Source: Carcharhinus amblyrhynchos
Lineage: Eukaryota
Reading direction: 5' to 3'
DNA: 64,000 nt
Assembly: GCA_965287045.1 (NCBI GenBank)
Contig: OZ336895.1
Span: 13,082,001-13,146,000, forward strand
Positions within the stretch are counted from its first letter, which is position 1; each line of letters opens with the position of its first letter. The notes under the pieces were generated by a model. That model made no database searches. It had not been told where the DNA came from and saw only the letters and a program-made list of their open reading frames with translations. This document shows positions 56,201 to 64,000 of the stretch, piece by piece. Position numbers and translations under genes: made by a program.

Positions 56201-59200
56201 TGAGTTCCAGATTCCCATCGCCCTCTGGGTGAAAAAGTTTTTCCTTAAATCCCCTCTAAACCTTAGAGTTCAGCCACTCAGCTTAAATCTATGCCCCTGG
56301 TTTTGACCCCTCTGCTAAGAAGAAAAGTTCCTTCCTACAAACTATCTACACCTCTCATAATTTTGTACACCTCAATCAGGTCCCTCCTCAGCCTTCTCTG
56401 CTCCAAGGAAAACAACTGCAGCCTCTCCTTGATAGCTGAAACTTCCCAGCCCAGGTAACATCCTGGTGAATTTCCTCCTTACCTCCTTCCTATGATGCGG
56501 TGGCCAGAACTGCACATAGTATCCAGCTGTGGCCTAACCAGTGTTTTATACAGCTCCATCATAACCTCTCTGCTCTTGTGTTCGGTGCCTCGGTTAGTAA
56601 AGGCAAGTATTCCATGTGCCTTAATCACCTTGACTACCTGTCCTGCTGCCTTCAGAAAACAAAGGACCTCCTCCCTAAGGTCCCTCTGGTCCTCCTCCTT
56701 CCTAGGATCTAACTGTTCATTGTGTATTCCCTTGTTAGCCCTCCCAAAATGCATTCCCTCACACTTTTCAAAGTTGAATTCCATTTGCCATTGTTGACCA
56801 TCCAACCGGCCACCTAAGGCTTTACTCTTCACTATTTACCACACTATCAATTTTTGTGTCATCTGCAAACTTACTTATCATACCTCTTACATTCACATCC
56901 AGATGATTAATGTATACTAACTGTGCTAAGTATGAAGAAGAGCTCCAACTGAATGTCTTATCCATACAGGGTGGATCATATAGATTCTGGGTGATTCCGA
57001 AGTTAAATGGACAACCCATTAGGCTGGAGATTGTAATTGGTGTTGCTGTATGTTTAATTCCTGAGACTACCCACCAACAAAAGCTGAAGCACCTTCCTTT
57101 AAAACCAGCTGATGTAATTTTAAGGACATACATGAAAGAGATGGTGCCATTAAAAGGTTGCATCATATTCAACGTAGAATTGAGTGGACAAACAGTGGAG
57201 TTGTTTCTCCATGTGGTCAGTGGTAATTTTCCAGCTCTGGGAGATTATGGTTGGAGAAGATACAGCTTAACTGGAGTGCTGTCAAAGGATTGGTCAGTGT
57301 CAAAACAGACCTACAGCACCTTCTGGATAAACACAATAGTGTATTCAAAGAGACATTTGGCTCAATAAAGGGAGTTCAAGTGAAACTCAAGATAAAGCCT
57401 AATTGTCAACCAGCAAGTCTCAAAGTAAGAGCAGTGCCATATGCAATTCGACCCAGTTTGAGCCAGTTACAGTGAGTGACGGGGCTACTCCCATTGTGCC
57501 TGTCGTGAAACCAGATGGTTCTGTTCGTATTTGTGGTGATTTTAAAACAGTCATAAATCCAGTGTTGTGTGCTGATCAATATCCATTTCTTTTAATTGAA
57601 GATTTGTTTGTTGGGTTATCAGGTGGGCAGAAATTTAGCAAGATTAATCTTTCACCAGCATATTTACAGATGAATGTAGCTGCTGAATCTCAACAATTGC
57701 TTACCATCGTTACTCATAAAGATCTTTTCTGTTATAAAAGATATCCTTTTGGAATAACATCCGCACCAGCCCTTTTCCAAAGATCGATGGATCAGATTTT
57801 AATTGGTCTCTCTGGTGCACAGTGTGACCTGGTTGGTATTCTATTACACAGTCCAGCGAGCAAGAGCAATTGAATAATTTATGAACAACCTTAGGACATT
57901 TTAAGCAGTCATGGGACTGGACAACGGAATGTGAGAATGCATACAAGAATGCAGAAGTCTGAAGGATTGGGTCCTTTAATCTGAAACGACCATTACTGCT
58001 GGCTTACAATCCTTCACCTAATGAAGTCGGGGCAGTAGTTTCACATATTATGCATTCAGGAGAAGAACAACCAACAGCTTTTGCTTAGCGTACCCTGACT
58101 CGTGCTGAATCTAACTAGACTCAGCTAGAAAAAGAAGCAACAAGTATAATGTTTGGCGATATAAAGTATTGTCAATCAGCTAATGCTAATTAGCCACACT
58201 TACCGTCACACATTCAGCTGATGCCACCAACCAGTTTTGTTGATGTTCTTTTTTTTGCTAGTAGATCATTTGCCTGTGACAGCTTCTCAAGTTCAGAGAA
58301 ATAGCAGAAATAATCCCAGTATTGAAAGGAACAAACGCTGGAGTGCATCATAGGCGTCCTGATTTGAAACCGTATATATCAGGAAAGGATTTGATTTGAT
58401 TTATTATTGTCACGTGTATTAGCACACAGTGAAAAGTATTGTTTCTAGCGCGCTCTGCAGACAAAGCATATCGTTCATAGAGAAGGAAATGAGAGTGCAG
58501 AATGTAGTGTTACAGTCATAGCTAGGGTGTAGAGAAAGATCAACTTAATGCAAGGTAGGTCCATTCAAAAGCCTGATGGCAGCAGGAAAGAAGCTGTTCT
58601 TGAGTCTGTTAGTACGTGTCCTCAGACTTTTGTCTCACAGCTTGTGTTGACCATTCAAAGCGGGTGTTTATTGTGGGGAATCAGAGTAATCATTCCTCCT
58701 AGTCTCTGTGGAAAAGCTCTTAAACAACTGCATGAAAGGCATCCTGGTATAGTCCAGATGAAGGATTTTTGGCAGCCAGGTCTGGATGATCAGATTGAAG
58801 AAAAAGTGGAACAATGGTAAACCTGGGAGGGCCCTAAATTGCCATGGCAACAATTACATGTAGATTTTGCTGGCCCTGGTTTGAGGGTTCCATGTTTTTA
58901 GTCAGAGTTGATGCACACTCAAAGTGGCCAGAAGTTGTTGTCATGGTATCTCCTACATCTGAACAGACTATTGAAAAACGTGACAACGTTTTCACGAGTT
59001 GAAGGATTATCTCAAAGTTCACCTGACTAATCTTTAAAAGAGAGAGCTGAGAATTACATTTTATTTGTTCTTGCCTCCAGAAACTTCAGAGGTAGTCGAG
59101 CATCAACAGCAATCGCAAGTTGCTGGATGAGAAGCGAGAGCAAAACAACACTCATTTCAGTAGGAGATTGAGTGTTAGAGTGTAATTCTGCCAGCAGTGA

Positions 59201-61737
59201 GAAATGAGTACCAGCCATAGTTACAGCAAAAACAATTTCTTACATGGTTCAAACCGAAGATGAACTAGTTTGGCGACACCATACTGACCATTTGTTAACA
59301 TCTCAAACTGATTTCTGTAATCATCTCCTGAAATACCAACTTCTTTTGTCCCCCGTGTTGTGAACACTGCTGTGATTTGATTTGGTTTTATCACGTGTAT
59401 TGGGATACAATGAAAAGTATTGTTTCTTGCACGCTATACAGGCAAAGCATACTGTAGATAGAGTACATAAGGGAAGAGGATAGGGTGCAGAATATAAGTG
59501 TTGCAGCTACAGGCAGGGTGAAGAGGAAGGATCAGCTTAATATATGATAGGATCATTCAAAGTCTGATGGCAGCAGGGAAACGGCTGTTCTTGAGGCGGT
59601 CAATACGTGTTTTCAGACTTCTGTATCTTTTTCCCGACAGAAGAAGGTGGGAGAGAGAGGTGCGTGGGGTCCTTGATTACTCTAGCTGCTTTTCCGAGAT
59701 AGTGGGAAGTGTAGACGGAGTTGATGGATGGGAAGCTGATTTGCGTGATGGACTGGGTTTTGTTCACGACCCTTTGCAGTTTCTTGCAGTCTTGGGCAGA
59801 GCAGGAGCCACACCAAGCTGTGATACATCCGGATAGAGTGCTTTCTATGGTGCATTTATAAAAGTTGATGAGAGTTGTAGTGGACATACTGAATTTCAAA
59901 GAACAAAGAAAAGTACAGCAGAGGAACAGGCTCTTCGGCCCTCCAAGCCTGTGCCAATCATGATGCCCTTACTATACTAAAACAAAACCTGCCCTTACTC
60001 AGTCTGTATTCTTCTATTTCCTCCCTATTCATGTACCATCCAGATGCCTCTTAAGTGTTGTTAATGTGCCTGCTTCCACCACCTCCTCTGGCAGCGCGTT
60101 CCAGGCATTCACCACTCTGTGTGAAAAACTTCTCTTGCACATCTCCTGAAACTTTTCCCCCCTCATCCTGAACCTGTGCCTCCTTGTATGTGACATGTCC
60201 CTCACTCACCCCCTCTCTGGTGCTGGCTCCCTTGCTCCCTTCTTCCTCCCTGAGGAAAGTGGGAGTTCAAAAATGACCAGTGTGTCTGATAAATAATGAT
60301 TTTATTTCTCTGTCCCTGCCACCCCTCATCTTTTCAGAGGACACCAGGCGTATCTTCGCTCCGCTCCCAATTATGATTTTATCCGATACCGACAGCTGGT
60401 GCATGAAATCACACAAGCCTTTAATCGGATCTCAAAGGAAGTCATTCAGCTCAAGGACCGGTTCCATGAGGAGTTTGATCGCCCCGATCTCTCTGAGCAC
60501 ATCGAAAGGATACAGGAGCGGGAACGGGAGAAGCTGGAGCTGGTGAGAAGGGAAAAAGGGGGATCTCTAACGGCTGGGGACAGTCACTGGGGAGATGGGG
60601 AGGGGACACGTGTTGGAATACAATTCACTGGTTTTGTTGACCTGAGATTGGAGCAGGACCAGCCCAGCTATCTGTCTGGTAAGGGATTCCTGCAGCAATA
60701 ACAGTGGATATTGAGGATGCAGCCAGTTCAAATCCCAAACTTCGAAGAACATCTGTAAATTCCCAGATAATCATTCTTAGCCACATAGATTGCTGACATT
60801 GCTCACCAATCCTTACTCTGAACTTTAGTGAGATTTTTTGTGTAAGTAAAGTGAAAAAAAAGTTCATGCTGAGGAAAAGACCACTTACTATTTTGGCTTC
60901 TGCACTGTTCTCATCAAACACTCCCAGGACCGGTACAGCACAGGGTTAGATACAGAGTAAAGTTCCCTCGACACTGTCCCAATCAACCACTCCCAGAACA
61001 GGTGCAGCATGGGTTTAGATACAGAGTAAGGCTCTCTCTGCACTGTCCCCATCAAACACTAACTGTCCCAGCTAGAGACAATACACATCTCTTTAATCTG
61101 TGCTTTCCCTTTTCTCCACTCACATTGTCTGTATGTTTAAGACTTGATTACCTGTAAAGACTCGCATTCCAACCATTATTTTGTAAATTGAGTTTGTGTC
61201 TTTTTATATGCCTTGTTTGTGAACTGAAATCCCACTCACCTGATGAAGGAGCAGCACTCCGAAAGCTAGTGGCTTTTGCTACCAAATAAACCGGTTGGAC
61301 TTTAATCTGGTGTTGTGAGACATCTTACCCCATCAAACACTCCCAGGACAGGTACAGCACGGGATTAGATACAGAATAAAACTACCTCTACACTGTCCCC
61401 ATCAAACACTTCCAGGACAGGTACAGCACAGGATTAGATACAGAATAAAACTACCTCTACACTGTCCCCATCAAACACTCCCAGGACAGGTACAGCACGG
61501 GGTTAGATACAGAGTAAAGCTCCCTCTACACTGTCCCCATCAAACACTCCCAGGATAGGTACAGCACGGGGTTAAATACAGAATAAAACTCCCTCTACAC
61601 TGAAGAGAATTGTAAGTTACTGATAAAGCTCCTTTCTTTGTCCCCCAGACAGCCCAGCTACAGCTTGCCAAACAGAATATGTTGGACCATCCGGGTAATG
61701 AAACCTATCAAGAGGAGGCCCAGGAGTTGAAGCACAG
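53022..61737 (+). CDS. REX1BD: Required for excision 1-B domain-containing protein (C19orf60-like), 4 exons in window, 3' end outside
   Basis: Spliced: M|NASGLNALVRSLYALQEERVEAYRLFD-L|GHQAYLRSAPNYDFIRYRQLVHEITQAFNRISKEVIQL...RIQEREREKLEL|TAQLQLAKQN...AQELKH; typical Rex1-B signature (LQ.ERV..Y..F..GH..YL, IT..F..IS.E). Confidence 0.85.
53565..53647 (+). CDS. REX1BD: REX1BD exon 2
   Basis: gttgcag/AAT...GATCT/gtgagt; 83 nt. Confidence 0.88.
53813..54140 (+). mobile_element. HE1-type SINE, CR1-like tail
   Basis: Full copy. Confidence 0.85.
55034..59370 (+). mobile_element. Decayed Gypsy (Mag-like) LTR retrotransposon with nested LINEs
   Basis: Putative LTR ending ACATTACA ~55288; PBS-like TGGCGACGAG 55299-55308; gag (HYCPKPLIIMERF, CCHC knuckle); protease ~57000; RT (PIVPVVKPDGSVRICGDFK, PFGITSAPALFQRSMD); RNase H ~58000; integrase (LHERHPGIVQMK, VDAHSKWPEV); stops and frameshifts throughout. 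Confidence 0.85.
56011..56915 (-). mobile_element. CR1 fragment nested in Gypsy gag-pol
   Basis: ORFs 56479 and 56822: KFADDTKI, KCEGMHFG, LYKTLVRPQL. Confidence 0.88.
60338..60542 (+). CDS. REX1BD: REX1BD exon 3
   Basis: cttttcag/A...CTG/gtgaga; 205 nt; overlaps ORF 60399. Confidence 0.92.
61061..61327 (+). mobile_element. Penelope-like element pseudo-LTR fragment inserted in minisatellite
   Basis: Shares its 3' ~100 nt with 12410-12500; perfect 14-bp TSD CCCCATCAAACACT at 61047-61060 and 61328-61341. Confidence 0.75.
61237..61272 (+). ncRNA. Minimal type I hammerhead ribozyme motif in Penelope-like fragment
   Basis: CAC-CTGATGA-A-GGAG cagca CTCC-GAAA-GC-TA-GTG. Confidence 0.7.
61649..61737 (+). 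CDS. REX1BD: REX1BD exon 4
   Basis: tcccccag/ACA...ACAG/gtcgga; 89 nt. Confidence 0.88.
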
Positions 61738-61759
61738 GTCGGAGCATTGCCATTTTGTA

Positions 61760-62335
61760 CACGACACTAACATTTACCTTGGTTAGCCAGCATTTGGAGT
61801 ATTGCATGCAGTTCTGGTCACCACATTGCCAGAAGGATATAGAAGCTTTGGAGAGAGTGCAAAGAAGATTCACCAGGATGATGCCTGGTGTCGAGGGTGT
61901 TGGCTATGAGGACAGGTTGAATAAAATAGGATTGTTTTCACTGGAAAGACGGAGGCTGAGGGGAGACCTTATAGAGGTCTACAAAATGAGCAGAGACATA
62001 GACAGGGTGCACAGTCAGAGGCTTTTTCCCAGGGTAGAAATGTCAATTACAAGGGAGCACAGGGTCAAGGTGAGAGGAGGAAAGCTTCAGGGAGACGTAT
62101 AGGGGAAGATTTTCATGCAGAGAGTGGTGGGTGCCTGGAGCACACTGCCAAAGGAAAGGGTGGAAGCAGGCACATTAACAACAGTCATCTGGATTGGGTA
62201 CATGAGTAGGGAGGGAATACAGGGATACGGACTGAGTAAGGGCAGAAGACTTTTTCCTTTAATTAGGGCATCATATTGGCACAGACTTGGAGGGTCGAAG
62301 GTCCTGTTCCTGTGCTGTATATTTCTTTGTTCTTT
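61760..62335 (+). mobile_element. CR1 LINE 3' fragment
   Basis: ORF 61755 LEYCMQFWSPH...RGDLIEVYK and tail. Confidence 0.9.
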
Positions 62336-63249
62336 ATCATCACCTGCCTTTGTCTGGCCTGAGTATATTCATCTCCACCCTCAGATTCTTGTTACCATGC
62401 ACTTTGTTCTCACCAGGGGTGCTGAAGCACCCAAATCCTCGGGGTTGCAGACTAGAACAAGGGCCACAAAATTATCCAGAGAGTGGTGAGAATGTGGAAC
62501 TGTGCCATAAGTATTAGGGTTGAGGTAAAAAGTATAACTATGTTTAAAAATAAGCTAAATAGTAAATGAGGAAGGAAGGAATAGAAAAATTTGTTGAAAG
62601 GATGAGATGAAGGAGGATGAAAGAAGGCTCATGTGCATCAAAAGACAACAGCATGGACCATTTGGGCCAAATGACCTGTTTCTGTGCTGTAAATACTATC
62701 CCCATGAGCAGTGAGGGATTGTAGTGGAGTGCTGTCGAGATCTGCTGGTTTAGTTCTGTTTTTTAGTAGGCTGTTTCTTGGTAAACTTACTCACCTGTAT
62801 GCTGTAAGCCCCAGATGAACTTATTCACTTGTGCTGCAAGTCCTGGGTCCAACTCTGGGGTGTCAAGTCCTTGCAGTCAGGGTAGATGCGCACTACTACT
62901 GCTGCAGTGATGAGATAAATCCCAAAAAGATTTGTGCCCCATCACCCCATCAGAGGCCATCTGTAGAACGTATTTCATCAGGTCCTAGGCTGTATAATTC
63001 CTTCTTGTCCTCCTTTCAGATTCTCCTCAAAAATGAACCCTTTGACCCCACTTTGGATGCAAGTTGTTCAGTGCGCCCTGTGTATTCCCTATGATTACAT
63101 TACTCAGTTGAACTTGGAGCTGAATAATTTGTGTTTCACTTCCTGTCCTTTCCTTTCTCAGTACCTGGGTCTAGACAAGGAAAAGTTAGCCTTGGATCCT
63201 GATTTGAGTTCTACTCTGTTAGATGAGGCCCTAGTGGGTAAACATGGTC

Positions 63250-64000
63250 TCCTATTTATTGCCGTTGTCTACATGAACTTTAGCAAGTTTATATTGTCTA
63301 CATGGACTTTAGCAAGGCCTTTGACAAGATACTGCATGGTAGTTTGTTGCATAAAGTTAAATTTTACAGGATCCAGGGTGAGGATACAAAATTGGCTTCT
63401 TGACAGAAGCCAGAAGGTTGTTGTAGAGAGTTGTTTTTCAAACTGGAGGCCTATGACCAGCGTTGTGCCTCACGGATCAGTGGTGGTGGGCCCACTGTTA
63501 TTTGTCATTTATATTAATGATTTGGATGAGAATATAGGAGGCATGGTTAGTAAGTTTGCAGATGACACCAAGATTGGTGGCATGGTGGACAGTGAGGAAG
63601 GTTATCTCCAATTGCAGCAGGATCTTGATCAATTGGGCCAATGGGCTGACAAATGGCAGGTGGAGTTTAATTTAGACAAATGCGAGGTGATGCATTTTGG
63701 TAGATTGAATCAGTTAATGGTAGAGCATTGGGAAGAGTTACAGAACAGAGAGACCTGGGGTACACATTCATAGCTGCTTGAAAGTGGAGTCACAGGTGGA
63801 CAGGGTGGTGAAGAAGGCATTTGGCGCGCTTGGTTTCATCGGTCAGAACATTGAATGCAGGAGTTGGGACGTCTTGTTGAAGCTGTACAAGGCATTGGTA
63901 TGACCACACTTGGAATACTGTGTGCAATTCTGGTCACCCTATCATAGAAAGGATATTATTAAACTAGAAAGAGTGCAGAAAAGATTTACCAGGATGCTAC
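63250..64000 (+). mobile_element. CR1 LINE RT region (runs off window)
   Basis: VPHGSV..GPLLF.IYINDL, SKFADDTKIGG; frameshifted after ~63715. Confidence 0.9.

Larger units (their letters stand above)
60900..61602 (-). repeat. Same ~68-bp minisatellite, ~6-7 copies, interrupted by Penelope fragment
   Basis: Reverse complement of the unit; ends ~45 nt before REX1BD exon 4. Confidence 0.9.

Overview
Eukaryotic, intron-rich vertebrate DNA. The repeat content (HE1/V-type tRNA SINEs, DeuSINEs, CR1, Rex/Babar, Penelope ends, a ~68-bp dispersed minisatellite) points to a shark or other elasmobranch. Two + strand genes were reconstructed by hand from splice sites and reading-frame phase. FCHO1 (F-BAR domain, linker, mu-homology domain) has 26 coding exons in 12278-44663, totalling 2868 nt in one continuous frame; its ATG exon was not found and probably lies upstream. 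REX1BD (C19orf60-like) starts in a CpG island near 53 kb, with four exons in 53022-61737 and the last exon outside the window. Four signals stand out. (1) A 16-copy ~46-bp tandem array just upstream of the REX1BD promoter, where most units look like a co-oriented extended CTCF site with an overlapping YY1-like core. (2) A minor-spliceosome AT-AC intron in FCHO1 (23381-25595) that holds a ~830-bp G-rich, G4-prone minisatellite. (3) Penelope-derived minimal hammerhead ribozyme motifs in sense orientation in introns of both genes, plus Penelope hairpins. (4) A decayed Mag-type Gypsy provirus with nested LINEs in REX1BD intron 2. Family and gene names come from recognition, not database searches. 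Repeat boundaries are approximate.
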